A DNA stretch of 64,000 nt from an uncultured Bacilli bacterium. GTDB taxonomy: Bacteria; Bacillota_I; Bacilli_A; RF39; UBA660. Where the stretch lies: NCBI GenBank assembly GCA_934101595.1, contig CAKORR010000003.1:36479-100478 (forward strand), given 5' to 3'. The position numbers were made by a program, and so were the translations under genes. Position 1 is the first letter of the stretch; every line of letters begins with the position of its first letter. The notes beneath the pieces were generated by a model that was not told where the DNA came from, ran no database searches, and saw only the letters and a list, made by a program, of their open reading frames with translations. Of the stretch, positions 47,828 through 57,116 are shown piece by piece.

Positions 47828-49060
47828 CTAACTAATTAAAACCCGCTTTCTTACAATTTCACTTATAAACTCGTTTTTTTCTAATGAGTTACAATAAAAC
47901 ATACGACGTTGTAGCACGTCTTTTAACAGTTTTAAAACAGTTTTGGATTTATCTGTCACGTTTTTAACATAATTAACTATACGGTCACCATCATCAAATT
48001 GCTTTAATCTATAATATTCTTTAGCAACAGCTAAAAGCACAATACACTTTTGTTCATTGCCTAAATTTAAATTGGCAAATCCGTTCATTAAACTTTCGCA
48101 GTCATCAGAGGATAGATATTCCAGTTGAGCATCCGAAATATTATATAAATCCAAAGAAGCATTATCATAGAAATCATTTTCTTGCATATAAAATTCCGGC
48201 TTAATTTCATCATAATTTTGAAATCGACATTTGTTCATCATGTCATTAGATAACGCATCAGGATTTATCGCCTTAGCAACTAAATAGTAATCGAGACTCT
48301 TTTTAAAATCTTTTAGCTTGAAATAAATGTTTCCCAACATTAAGTAAACATAATAACTATGTGAAATCTGCAGAAGCTTTTTATAGCAAGAAAGTGAACT
48401 GCCGTAATCTCCTATCTTAAAATAATTATCAGCTTTTTTTATCATTGATGAAAATTTTGACTTTGAATACTTTTCGTTTGATCTAGTTTTAAGCATTAAT
48501 TTCGTTCCCTCTAAAGTGTGAATTTTTATACAAAGCACTCCGCCAATGGTGTTCATATTAAGAATAGAATTTAACTTTTCTTCTGGATAGTTTGATATCA
48601 AAACTATATCACCAGTATCCAATGCTTGACGGGCAAAAGATTTAAATATATCCAAGTTCTCAGTTTGCTTTAATTCTAAGCGTTCTTCATATTTTTTTAT
48701 TAAATCTTTCTGACTAGTAAGGCCATATAGTTGAAACATATTTAGTAAATTTTTGTAGTATATCTTTGCCTCTTTGTAATTATCGGTTTCTAATGACGCG
48801 ACAGCTTCATTTAAAAGCACATTTTCAGGTTTAGTAAAATTTGAAAAAAATATCATTCTTAAACCAAGAGTGGTAAACGTGTAATCATAATCCTTTTTTA
48901 AGGTGTCAATCGCAAAATAAGCTTTGATTAAAGAATAGCAATTATCTTTGCGAAAATCATTTAAAAACCTTTTTAATTCTTCGTCAATCTTTTTATTCTT
49001 TTTTATATACTCTATTAAAGTATCAAATGCTGTATTACTAATCTGCGACAAAAAATTCAC
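47828..49060 (-). CDS. TPR-repeat protein (Rap/RNPP-like architecture without HTH)
   Basis: 410 aa, all-helical with multiple 34-residue TPR-like repeats (e.g. ...YVYLMLGNIYFKLKDFKKSLDYYLVAKAINP...). Inserted between tRNA genes. Confidence 0.5.
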   Translation of the reverse strand: MNFLSQISNTAFDTLIEYIKKNKKIDEELKRFLNDFRKDNCYSLIKAYFAIDTLKKDYDYTFTTLGLRMIFFSNFTKPENVLLNEAVASLETDNYKEAKIYYKNLLNMFQLYGLTSQKDLIKKYEERLELKQTENLDIFKSFARQALDTGDIVLISNYPEEKLNSILNMNTIGGVLCIKIHTLEGTKLMLKTRSNEKYSKSKFSSMIKKADNYFKIGDYGSSLSCYKKLLQISHSYYVYLMLGNIYFKLKDFKKSLDYYLVAKAINPDALSNDMMNKCRFQNYDEIKPEFYMQENDFYDNASLDLYNISDAQLEYLSSDDCESLMNGFANLNLGNEQKCIVLLAVAKEYYRLKQFDDGDRIVNYVKNVTDKSKTVLKLLKDVLQRRMFYCNSLEKNEFISEIVRKRVLIS

Positions 49061-49117
49061 CTCCTTAAATGTTTAGAATAAAAAAAATCTCATTCTGAGA
49101 CTTCTTGTTTTAATACT

Positions 49118-49193
<76 letters not shown>

Positions 49194-49196
49194 AAA

Positions 49197-49272
49197 TGGC
49201 GGTTCCGACGAGGTTCGAACTCGCGATCTTTTGCGTGACAGGCAAACGTGATAACCGCTACACTACGGAACC
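49197..49272 (-). tRNA. tRNA-Asp (GUC)
   Basis: GGTTCCGTAGTGTAGCGGTTATCACG..., anticodon loop CTGTCAC, GGTTCGAACC, CCA. Confidence 0.9.
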
Positions 49273-49275
49273 AAA

Positions 49276-49352
49276 TGGTTGCGGGAGAAGGATTTGAACC
49301 TTCGACCTTAGGGTTATGAGCCCCACGAGCTACCAAGCTGCTCCATCCCGCG
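49276..49352 (-). tRNA. initiator tRNA-fMet (CAU)
   Basis: CGCGGGATGGAGCAGCTTGGTAGCTCGTGGGGCTCATAACCC... with C1:A72 mismatch and GGG/CCC anticodon stem. Confidence 0.85.
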
Positions 49353-49363
49353 ATATAAATATT

Positions 49364-49455
49364 GGCGGAGGAAAAGGGATTCGAACCCCTGCGCCGCTTG
49401 CGCGACCTGTCGGTTTTCAAGACCGATCCCTTCAGCCGGACTTGGGTATTCCTCC
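49364..49455 (-). tRNA. tRNA-Ser (UGA)
   Basis: GGAGGAATACCCAAGTCCGGCTGAAGGGATCGGTCTTGAAAACCGACAGG... with long variable arm, CCA. Confidence 0.85.
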
Positions 49456-49475
49456 ACTTCTTCGACAACAAGATG

Positions 49476-49505
49476 ATTATAGCACATATTTTTTATAACT
49501 GTCAA
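49476..49505 (-). promoter_or_regulatory. sigma-A promoter of the Ser-fMet-Asp-Phe tRNA operon
   Basis: TTGACA (49505-49500), 18-nt spacer, TATAAT (49481-49476), about 20 nt upstream of tRNA-Ser. Confidence 0.7.
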
Positions 49506-49596
49506 TAAAAATATGCCAAATATAATTTCAATGTCCTTAGCATTTTTGAAGAATATTTCGAAAAATCAATTATTTTCAAAAGTTATTAAAAAATAC

Positions 49597-49625
49597 TTGC
49601 TATTTTTTTGTTTTAATATTATACT
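49597..49625 (+). promoter_or_regulatory. sigma-A-type promoter for tRNA-Leu
   Basis: TTGCTA, 17-nt spacer, TATACT; ends about 30 nt upstream of tRNA-Leu. Confidence 0.5.
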
Positions 49626-49655
49626 TAAATAGTCTTATCAATTAAGACAGTGCCT

Positions 49656-49744
49656 GCCCGAGTGGCGGAATAGGTAGACGCACAGGACTTAAAATCCTGC
49701 GGGTGTTAAAACCCGTGCCGGTTCAAGTCCGGCCTCGGGCACCA
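49656..49744 (+). tRNA. tRNA-Leu (UAA)
   Basis: GCCCGAGTGGCGGAATAGGTAGACGCACAGGACTTAAAATCC... with long variable arm, GGTTCAAGTCC, CCA. Confidence 0.9.
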
Positions 49745-49754
49745 TCGAATATTC

Positions 49755-49776
49755 AGCGAGTCAATCTCGCTTTTTA
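49755..49776 (+). terminator. rho-independent terminator after tRNA-Leu
   Basis: AGCGAG-TCAATC-TCGCT followed by T5. Confidence 0.65.
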
Positions 49777-50127
49777 TTTTGTATTCATTTCTGTTAATTT
49801 TTCCTCTGTCCAAACAGGAAGCATTTTTTTCAAAGGGTAAAATCCTTTTTTTGATTCTATTAATTTTTTTTCTTTCCCTGAAACTTTGTAATCCAAATTT
49901 CTTATTGATAATTTCAATTGAAGATTGTCTTCATCAACATCTACAACCCTGCAAAAAATTGTTTCACCTATTTTAAAATAATCTGAAACATTTTTTACAA
50001 ATCCATTTGCGATTTCTGAGATATGAATAAGACCATCATAATAGGGATCTACATTTACAAATGCCCCATATTTTTCAATTCCTGTTATCTGGCCTCTTAT
50101 GATATCCCCTACTTTATATTTTTCCAT
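49774..50127 (-). CDS. S1 RNA-binding domain protein (general stress protein 13/YugI-like)
   Basis: ...VGDIIRGQITGIEKYGAFVNV...GLIHISEI... S1 fold, 117 aa. Confidence 0.65.
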   Translation of the reverse strand: MEKYKVGDIIRGQITGIEKYGAFVNVDPYYDGLIHISEIANGFVKNVSDYFKIGETIFCRVVDVDEDNLQLKLSIRNLDYKVSGKEKKLIESKKGFYPLKKMLPVWTEEKLTEMNTK

Positions 50128-50192
50128 AAAATCCCTCTTCTTTTATTATAGCATAATCAGTAAATATAAGGTATAATTTTATTGGTGGTTTT

Positions 50193-50423
50193 ATGAAGCA
50201 GGAAGAAAAAATAAAAAAAGTTATAGATAATTTAAGACCTTATTTGAACCTTGATGGCGGCGACATAGAATTTATAAAATATGAGGATAAAACTTTATAT
50301 GTAAAATTATTTGGTAACTGTGTACATTGCTTAATGCAAGATGACACTTTAAATGATGGCATATTAAAAATGATTCAAGAAGAGGTTCCAGAAGTAGAAA
50401 ACATTATTAACGTTGAGTTATGA
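50193..50423 (+). CDS. nfu: NifU-like Fe-S assembly domain protein (Nfu/YutI-like)
   Basis: ...LRPYLNLDGGDIEFIKY...LFGNCVHC...EEVPEV... aligns to B. subtilis YutI. Confidence 0.7.
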   Translation: MKQEEKIKKVIDNLRPYLNLDGGDIEFIKYEDKTLYVKLFGNCVHCLMQDDTLNDGILKMIQEEVPEVENIINVEL

Positions 50424-51350
50424 TGTTTTTTTTAACCACACGATTTTTTCAAGTGGAGCATAGAGGTTTATTTGGTTAATAGTAAAATTCAAGAAGTCTT
50501 CATACTCATTTACTTTACTAATTATTTTTAAAAGTTTTTCTTCATTTTCTTTACTATTGGAGTCGAGATAGTCTTCAAACGCATCAAAATAATATGACGG
50601 ATATATTAGCCTTGCATAAAAAAGGCCATAATTAAACATACTAAATTTTTTCACTTTCAAAAATGATTTCAACTCATCATAAACAAAGTCGCTTGTAAAA
50701 AACAAAGATTTGAAGTATTCAGCATAATCGCGAACTTCATAATCAATTATAAATGACAAAGGATTTAAATAATTTAGTAAATAATTAGGTGAAAAAATTC
50801 TACGATGGCATATTGTCAAAAAGTTATTCTGTGAATCGTATCTGAAATGACTATCTACATAATTTAAGTATTCTATTGCATTTTCGGCCAAACCAATATA
50901 GTACGAAAAAGAATCTAAGATTATAGCTTTATCCTTTGCATATTCTCTAACCTGCTGCTCCAGATAATCATTTTTTTGCATCCATAAACTTTTCCAATTT
51001 AAATTGTCATATTTAACTTTTGTATCTGTTACTCTTGTTTTATTAGAAAACATAATCATATCAAAGCAATTTATTTCTTCTTTATCACGATTTGTACTTC
51101 TCAATAAAACATAATGTTTATCATTAAAAGTACATAAAACATCCCCAAATTTATTGATTATAATATCATGGCATGGTATGTTTTTTTCTTTTATGCTTCG
51201 ACTAACAGAAATAATATCTTGAATTGCTTTTTTATCTCTTAAATATGGAACAAAATAATAATTGGATTTATCATATAAAAAATAACCTATTTCTCCATTA
51301 TCTTCTATATCAACTGTAATATCAAAATAATATTTTAATGCTTGTTTCAT
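50418..51350 (-). CDS. yutH: CotS-family spore coat protein (YutH-like)
   Basis: Start MKQALKYY at 51350 with AGGAGAA RBS. CotS/phosphotransferase-like length and hydropathy. Adjacent to nfu/yutD as in the B. subtilis yut region. Paralogous to the ysxE-like gene. Confidence 0.5.
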   Translation of the reverse strand: MKQALKYYFDITVDIEDNGEIGYFLYDKSNYYFVPYLRDKKAIQDIISVSRSIKEKNIPCHDIIINKFGDVLCTFNDKHYVLLRSTNRDKEEINCFDMIMFSNKTRVTDTKVKYDNLNWKSLWMQKNDYLEQQVREYAKDKAIILDSFSYYIGLAENAIEYLNYVDSHFRYDSQNNFLTICHRRIFSPNYLLNYLNPLSFIIDYEVRDYAEYFKSLFFTSDFVYDELKSFLKVKKFSMFNYGLFYARLIYPSYYFDAFEDYLDSNSKENEEKLLKIISKVNEYEDFLNFTINQINLYAPLEKIVWLKKTS

Positions 51351-51399
51351 ATTTGTTCTCCTATTTAAAAATATGCGAAGTAAAAAAAATAACAACTAT

Positions 51400-52341
51400 T
51401 TAGTTGTTACTTTTTATCTTTGAGACAATTTCATCAAACATTTTTTCACAATTAAGCAAAAACTCTTTTTTCAATGTCTCTATATTATCATCGTTATCTT
51501 TTGGGGTTTCTACAACCGAGCTTGAATTTGATAGTCCTTGTGAATCTGGTGAAATATTATTTAAAACGTCTGTATTAGCCTGAGTGCTATTATTAATATC
51601 CTCAATTGGCATCATATTACTATTTGGAACATCCATATTATTAAGCGGTGAATTACTTTCCACAGCTATATTTGAAGGCTCTGGTGAAACACTATTAGGT
51701 AGAATATCACCAGTTGAGTCAGGCATTACAGTGTTATTAGTATTTTCAGTAGTTTGAACATTATTATTTATAGCTTGACTATTTTCTGCCGGCATGTCAG
51801 CCAATAATGGATTAACAACAGCATCAGTACTATTTTGCTCTGGCAATTCGTGTTGCTCATTCAAGACAGGTGCTGGGGCTTGCTCAACAGGGCTGTTAGA
51901 AACAACTACACTTTCAGATGGCACAGCTTCTTGGCTTGCATTGTTTTCAAACAATGTTTCACCTCCTACAGGCGCAGGATTCATTTCTACTTCCTGTGGC
52001 TTATAAGAATTCTTCAATACATCAAACGAAGCTAAAGGCAAAGTTAATTGGTTATAAAAAATTTCATCTGCGGTTAAACTTTGGGGAATATTTATATACT
52101 GTACATTACCACCTGATATTATGCTTTTTAAAGCTTCTTTAACACTTGTCCACTCATTTTGATCTAATATTTTTGATAACTTTTCGCCACTAAAAGCCGA
52201 AACTAAAATAATTGGTAATCCCATAGAGCCAACGCTCTCGGCATCCATAACTACATATTTTTTTTCTCCTACTGAAAAAGCACTTAGCAATGACTTTTCA
52301 ACACTATTACCTGTTGGTAAACTCAATTTAATCTTTGTCAC
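51400..52341 (-). CDS. hypothetical protein with ordered N-domain and Asn/Pro/Ser-rich low-complexity tail
   Basis: 313 aa, no recognised motif. Confidence 0.35.
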   Translation of the reverse strand: MTKIKLSLPTGNSVEKSLLSAFSVGEKKYVVMDAESVGSMGLPIILVSAFSGEKLSKILDQNEWTSVKEALKSIISGGNVQYINIPQSLTADEIFYNQLTLPLASFDVLKNSYKPQEVEMNPAPVGGETLFENNASQEAVPSESVVVSNSPVEQAPAPVLNEQHELPEQNSTDAVVNPLLADMPAENSQAINNNVQTTENTNNTVMPDSTGDILPNSVSPEPSNIAVESNSPLNNMDVPNSNMMPIEDINNSTQANTDVLNNISPDSQGLSNSSSVVETPKDNDDNIETLKKEFLLNCEKMFDEIVSKIKSNN

Positions 52342-52385
52342 TACAATCCCTCTCTATTCTAATAATTATTATAACAGAATGATTA

Positions 52386-52670
52386 TTACTTTTCAACGCT
52401 TATTTTCTTTAATATAAAATACTGGCATCCAAAAGCACAATAATCTTTTAAATAATTATCAATTAGCTTACAATCATTGATTTTTTTATAATTTTTATTA
52501 GTTTTTTCGTTAAAACCTTTAAGTCGCAACTTTCCATATGCCCAATCTCCGACGATATAGTCATAAGTTTTAAAGTAATCCGTTGCTCTTTTTAAAACTT
52601 CTTCTTTATCATAAGCATCTTTATAATTTTCCATTAACTCATATTTATTATCATTTAAAACTATTTCCAT
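52386..52670 (-). CDS. yutD: YutD/DUF1027 family protein
   Basis: ...YDYIVGDWAYGKLRLKGF... signature, 94 aa. Confidence 0.6.
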   Translation of the reverse strand: MEIVLNDNKYELMENYKDAYDKEEVLKRATDYFKTYDYIVGDWAYGKLRLKGFNEKTNKNYKKINDCKLIDNYLKDYCAFGCQYFILKKISVEK

Positions 52671-52673
52671 TTT

Positions 52674-53300
52674 CTACCCCACAAATATATTTACTAAAAT
52701 TAACCCAATGCAAATTGCTAAAATAACGCACAAAATTGCAATAATATTTACATATCCTCTAGCAGCACTCAGTCTGAAGTTATAACCATTGTTTAGTGAT
52801 TCTAAATTATTTTTTTCATCATCTATCTTAATTTCCGCATCCAATAATTCGATTTCTTCTTTTTTTTCGGGTACAACTAGTTTTTCTTTAAAATATTGTA
52901 ATAGTTCAGCATTTTCTAGTTTAGCTAAGTCTCTTGTAAAATTTAAAAGTTTATCCTGGCTTAGTAAAACCACTTTTCTTTTTTGGAAAAACATTTCTAC
53001 TAAATCAACACCCAATATGTAGAGATCATTGTTTTCATGAGACGTGTAATAATTGCTAAGTTTAGCAAAAAAGTTATAAACAAATTCTTCACTAGCTCCA
53101 TATTTCATCATATTGATAACCAGGGCTTTTTCATCCCGTGTAATATAGGGATTTATAAAATCTAAATCTCCAAATACTTGAAAGAGTAAATCGAATATAA
53201 CAAAATCTTTATCAATACTCTCATTTGTAAGTTTTTCATTTTTTGCTATTTTATCTAAAACATTAACAATTAGTTCATTCTTAAAAATAGTATTTTTCAT
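52674..53300 (-). CDS. hypothetical tail-anchored membrane protein
   Basis: 208 aa with C-terminal TM (IIAILCVILAICIGLILVNIFVG). Confidence 0.35.
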   Translation of the reverse strand: MKNTIFKNELIVNVLDKIAKNEKLTNESIDKDFVIFDLLFQVFGDLDFINPYITRDEKALVINMMKYGASEEFVYNFFAKLSNYYTSHENNDLYILGVDLVEMFFQKRKVVLLSQDKLLNFTRDLAKLENAELLQYFKEKLVVPEKKEEIELLDAEIKIDDEKNNLESLNNGYNFRLSAARGYVNIIAILCVILAICIGLILVNIFVG

Positions 53301-53329
53301 ACTCTCACCTAATATAAATTATATCACAA

Positions 53330-54013
53330 CTATTTTTCATTTGAAATATCAAATAATCTTGTTTCTTTTTCATATGTGCCTCCATAAAAACTTGGTACTT
53401 TTCCATTTATTATAGATGACATTATAAGAAAGTTATAAGATGTTTTTAACGAATCTTGCGCTACAGGTGTTAAAATTTGTTCATTTATCGTAATATTAAT
53501 ATAAATTTCTACCAAAGCGTTATTTAAGCCATAATCTGTTATTTTAGTTTTTAAGTTTGTTAAAGCATTTCCCACAATATTTATTTTTATAGGAATTTTT
53601 GGACCTAAATCATTTAAAAAAACATTATTAAACATGGCGCCAACAGGAACATTTACAACAATAATATCATTATTTATTGAGGATATTAAGTTAGACGTTA
53701 ATTCTTTCACAATTAAATAAGCATTTTCAAGATAAAAGTCAACCATTATTATTTCATCATTTTTGTTTTTATTAATTTTTAATATATCATTTACGGATTT
53801 TTTATTTTTAAAAAAAGTATTATTTATATTAGTATTAATACTTTTATATACAAAATCATTGACTTGATGAGAACTTATTTTATAAACTTTTGGGGTTAAT
53901 TTTTTTCCCATGACATATAGTATTATTATTGTATTAATAGCCACCATTAAAATTATTATAATAATAAAATTATATCCCCCATAATCTTTTTTGTTATTAT
54001 TAAAAATTTTCAT
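53330..54013 (-). CDS. yunB: sporulation protein YunB-like
   Basis: N-terminal TM, about 200-aa extracytoplasmic domain with ...PIKINIVGNALTNLKTKITDYGLNN... region reminiscent of YunB. Sits in the yut/yun neighbourhood. Confidence 0.45.
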   Translation of the reverse strand: MKIFNNNKKDYGGYNFIIIIILMVAINTIIILYVMGKKLTPKVYKISSHQVNDFVYKSINTNINNTFFKNKKSVNDILKINKNKNDEIIMVDFYLENAYLIVKELTSNLISSINNDIIVVNVPVGAMFNNVFLNDLGPKIPIKINIVGNALTNLKTKITDYGLNNALVEIYINITINEQILTPVAQDSLKTSYNFLIMSSIINGKVPSFYGGTYEKETRLFDISNEK

Positions 54014-54051
54014 ACTTAATTATATGAAAAAAAAAGAAATATATAAATTTC

Positions 54052-54873
54052 TTAAAATAAATTCCAGTTTAAAAAGTTATTAAGAAAGGCAACTAGACCA
54101 ATTACAAAACCCATTACTAGCAAAACAATAACAATAATAAGTAAAGTCTTGTGTGAATTAACCTCAGCCTTAAGATCATTAAAATCGTCAAAATCGCTAT
54201 CAGTAAATTGAACAGAATTGGTATAAAATGATGAATCAATACCTGTCATTTTATCAATTTCTTTTTCTGGTATTTTTGGAGTTTCTTCTTCTTTTTGGGT
54301 ATCTTCATTTGTTGGCTCAGTATTTTCTAAAGTGGATGATTCGCCAAAGTTTCCATCCAAAAGTCCTAGAGGATCAATCTCTTTTTCCCGATTTTGCATT
54401 TCTCTTTCAGTAATTGTGTTAATTAAATTTATTAATGTCTTTTCTTCCTCGGTTTCGCTGTCTTCCGAAGATTTAGAAAGGTTTAGGTTACTTAAAATAT
54501 TAAACTGTGTATCTCTAAGCTTTTTTGACCTTTCTTTTTCATAATTATCCTCTTTTTCTTCTTTTGCTTTTTCTAAAATAGCATTTATGTCATATTCCTT
54601 AGTTTCATCAAGGTCAATTTTTTCTTTTTCATCTTCAATATCAATTCTAATTGATTTTCTTTTAGGAGCTCTGTTATATTTTGTATCTAATATTTTTTTG
54701 ATTTTTTCAACATCAATGTTATTGTTAACATTTGAAAGAACTGTCGCATTATTAGAAATTTCAAATTTATCAATTTCGCTATTACTTATCTCTTTATATA
54801 AGTCAGCATTTTTCTTAGAACGTAATCCTAATTTTTCGTCTTCATGATAATATTTTTCCATTCTAGAAGCCAT
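54052..54873 (-). CDS. acidic hypothetical protein with C-terminal TM anchor
   Basis: Start chosen at MASRMEKYY. E/D/K-rich, C-terminal LLIIVIVLLVMGFVIGLVAFL. Confidence 0.35.
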   Translation of the reverse strand: MASRMEKYYHEDEKLGLRSKKNADLYKEISNSEIDKFEISNNATVLSNVNNNIDVEKIKKILDTKYNRAPKRKSIRIDIEDEKEKIDLDETKEYDINAILEKAKEEKEDNYEKERSKKLRDTQFNILSNLNLSKSSEDSETEEEKTLINLINTITEREMQNREKEIDPLGLLDGNFGESSTLENTEPTNEDTQKEEETPKIPEKEIDKMTGIDSSFYTNSVQFTDSDFDDFNDLKAEVNSHKTLLIIVIVLLVMGFVIGLVAFLNNFLNWNLF

Positions 54874-54980
54874 AAAACCACTCCTTATAGTAAAATCATA
54901 ACACAATATGACATTTTTTTAAACTAAAAAAATTGCTTTTTTTTAATTGTTTAATTATAATTAACTAAGGAGATGATTTT

Positions 54981-55232
54981 ATGAAAAAATTAGTAGTTGA
55001 TGAAAATTCTTGTATTGGATGTGGAGCTTGTATTTCACTAGATGAAAAACATTTTTCATTCTCCGATGATGGACTTTCAATGGCTATTTCAAATGATGAT
55101 CTTGAAAGCAGCGAATTAAAAAGTGCTATTGAGTGTTGTCCAACTAATGCTATTAAAATTGAAGAAAGTAAATGCTCATGTGATTCTAATAGTGAACATT
55201 GTGATTGTGAAAACTGTGATTGTAAACATTAA
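54981..55232 (+). CDS. fer: 4Fe-4S ferredoxin with Cys-rich C-terminal tail
   Basis: CIGCGAC...CP Bacillus-type single-cluster ferredoxin fold, plus ...CSCDSNSEHCDCENCDCKH tail. Confidence 0.75.
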   Translation: MKKLVVDENSCIGCGACISLDEKHFSFSDDGLSMAISNDDLESSELKSAIECCPTNAIKIEESKCSCDSNSEHCDCENCDCKH

Positions 55233-55258
55233 AAAAGGCTTAAGAAAAGCCTTTTTAT
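55231..55258. terminator. bidirectional terminator between ferredoxin and rluB
   Basis: A6-AAGGCTT-AAGAA-AAGCCTT-T5. Confidence 0.6.
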
Positions 55259-55968
55259 TTGTTTCGATATAACTTTTTAACTTCTTTTAAAGAAAGTGCA
55301 CGATATTCTCCTGGTTTTAGTCCATCAAGAGTTAGAAAATCATATGATATTCTACTCAACTTAATAACAGGATGATTAAGTAAATCAAAAAGCCTTTTTA
55401 CTATATGATTTCGCCCCTCAACAATCGTTATTTCAACCAACATATTTTGCTTTTCTTTATCTTTTTTTCTTACTTTAAAATGAGTAACATTAACCTTTCT
55501 ATTATCAACAGAAAGGCCTTTTTTTATTTTAAAAATTTCCTCAGAAGTTAGTAATCCCTCGATTTTAGCAATATAAGTTTTCTCAACATTATTTTTTGGA
55601 TGCATCAATAAATTTGCTAATTCACCATCATTTGTTAATAAAATCAAACCGGTAGTGTCATAATCCAGTCTACCAATAGGATAAATCCTATCCTGATTAT
55701 TGATTAAATCTACAACTGTCGTGCGTCCTAAATCATCATGCACGCTACAAATGGTTTTTCTTGGTTTGTACAGTAAATAGTAAACTTTAGGATTTTGAAA
55801 ATCTATTTTTTGGCCATCAATCGATATAATATCACTACTAGACACTTTAGTTCCAAGGGTGTTAATGACTTTATTATTTACTTTAACTTTGCCTTGTAAG
55901 ATAAGTTCTTCTGCTTTTCTACGAGATGTATATCCACTATTTGCAATTACTTTTTGAAGACGTTCCAT
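55255..55968 (-). CDS. rluB: 23S rRNA pseudouridine synthase RluB
   Basis: S4 domain (LQKVIANSGYTSRRKAEELI), catalytic ...GRLDYDTTGLILLTNDGELAN.... Confidence 0.8.
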   Translation of the reverse strand: MERLQKVIANSGYTSRRKAEELILQGKVKVNNKVINTLGTKVSSSDIISIDGQKIDFQNPKVYYLLYKPRKTICSVHDDLGRTTVVDLINNQDRIYPIGRLDYDTTGLILLTNDGELANLLMHPKNNVEKTYIAKIEGLLTSEEIFKIKKGLSVDNRKVNVTHFKVRKKDKEKQNMLVEITIVEGRNHIVKRLFDLLNHPVIKLSRISYDFLTLDGLKPGEYRALSLKEVKKLYRNK

Positions 55969-56016
55969 AAAATCACCACAAAAAGTATATCATGATTTTA
56001 AAAAAATACAATATTT

Positions 56017-56538
56017 TTATCCAAAAAAGACTCTAGTTAAAACAAAAGCCGATATTATTCCAACTAAATCTGCAAATAATCCAACTGGAACTGCATGTCT
56101 TGATTTTGAAATCTTAACACTACCAAAATATAATGCAATAACATATATGGTAGTATCGGTGCATCCTTGTAATATACTTGCTAATCTACCCACATAGCTA
56201 TCAGGTCCAAAGGACGCAAAAATATCATTCATTATTGCTAGTGATGCTGTTCCTGAAATTGGCCTTAATATTGCCATTGGCAAAATATTAAGAGGAATAT
56301 TAACGCTCTTTAATACTGGAGTAACTTTTTTTAACAAAAAATATATAACTCCACTATTCATGAAAATATTAATAGCAAATACCATTGCTAATATGGCTGG
56401 AAAAATATCAAAAGAAATCTGCAATCCTTCTTTTGCACCTTTTAAAAATGAATTATAAATATCAACTTTTTTTCTAAGACCATTTAAAATAACCGCTAAA
56501 ACAAATACCGGAATTATTATTTTAGAAAATGTATTCAT
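56017..56538 (-). CDS. spmB: spore maturation protein B
   Basis: Aligns to B. subtilis SpmB (...GAKEGLQ..., ...ILRPISGTASLA..., ...GPDSYVGRLASILQGCTDTTIYV...HAVPVGL...). Overlaps spmA stop. Confidence 0.8.
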   Translation of the reverse strand: MNTFSKIIIPVFVLAVILNGLRKKVDIYNSFLKGAKEGLQISFDIFPAILAMVFAINIFMNSGVIYFLLKKVTPVLKSVNIPLNILPMAILRPISGTASLAIMNDIFASFGPDSYVGRLASILQGCTDTTIYVIALYFGSVKISKSRHAVPVGLFADLVGIISAFVLTRVFFG

Positions 56539-57116
56539 GATTTTTTCCTCTTTCTAATTATATAATCTAACGTAAGTCCGGATACACAAGAAAGAGCCGT
56601 TGCAATTACCGCTGGAGGTATTATTTCAGCAGGATTGGAACTATTATACATGACTCTCATTGCTAAAATGGTTGTTGGAATAACGGTCACTCCTGCTGTA
56701 TTTAACACTAAAAATGTAACCATTGCTTCACTTGCTTTTGTTTTGTCAGTATTTTCTTTTTGGAGTTCTTGCATTGCTTTTAAACCCGCCGGCGTGGCAG
56801 CTGATCCAAGTCCCAAAGCATTGGCAGCAATATTGGATGATATATATCCAAGAGCTTTACTACCCTTTTTTACACTAGGAAATAATTTTTTTAAAAAAGG
56901 TTCCAAAATTTTGGCAAATTTATCAAGAACGCCGCTTTCTTCAGCAATTTTCATAATACCTGTCCATAACACTATAACCGGCATTAGTTCTAACATTAGA
57001 TCTAATGCTTTTTTTGCATTGGTCAATATTTCATTATTAAGAGCGTCGATATTACCAGTAAAAAAATAATAAATAATTCCTGCAGCTATTAAAAGAGCCC
57101 ATATTATGTTTATCAG
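56535..57116 (-). CDS. spmA: spore maturation protein A, apparent non-AUG (CTG/ATA) start coupled to dacB stop
   Basis: Frame open to the TAG at 57119-57117. Encoded N-terminus (L)INIIWALLIAAGIIYYFFTGNIDAL...LWTGIMKIAE matches B. subtilis SpmA MINLIWVCLFFVGIIAALFTGSFEAV...LWLGLMKIAE. No in-frame ATG/GTG/TTG exists before the track's internal TTG at 57026. AAAGGGG RBS sits 8 nt upstream of CTG. Confidence 0.65.
   Translation of the reverse strand: MINIIWALLIAAGIIYYFFTGNIDALNNEILTNAKKALDLMLELMPVIVLWTGIMKIAEESGVLDKFAKILEPFLKKLFPSVKKGSKALGYISSNIAANALGLGSAATPAGLKAMQELQKENTDKTKASEAMVTFLVLNTAGVTVIPTTILAMRVMYNSSNPAEIIPPAVIATALSCVSGLTLDYIIRKRKKS

Noticed and set aside
51794-52142. Three overlapping plus-strand ORFs (66-74 aa)
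   Set aside because: Antisense to the 313-aa minus-strand gene; no independent support.
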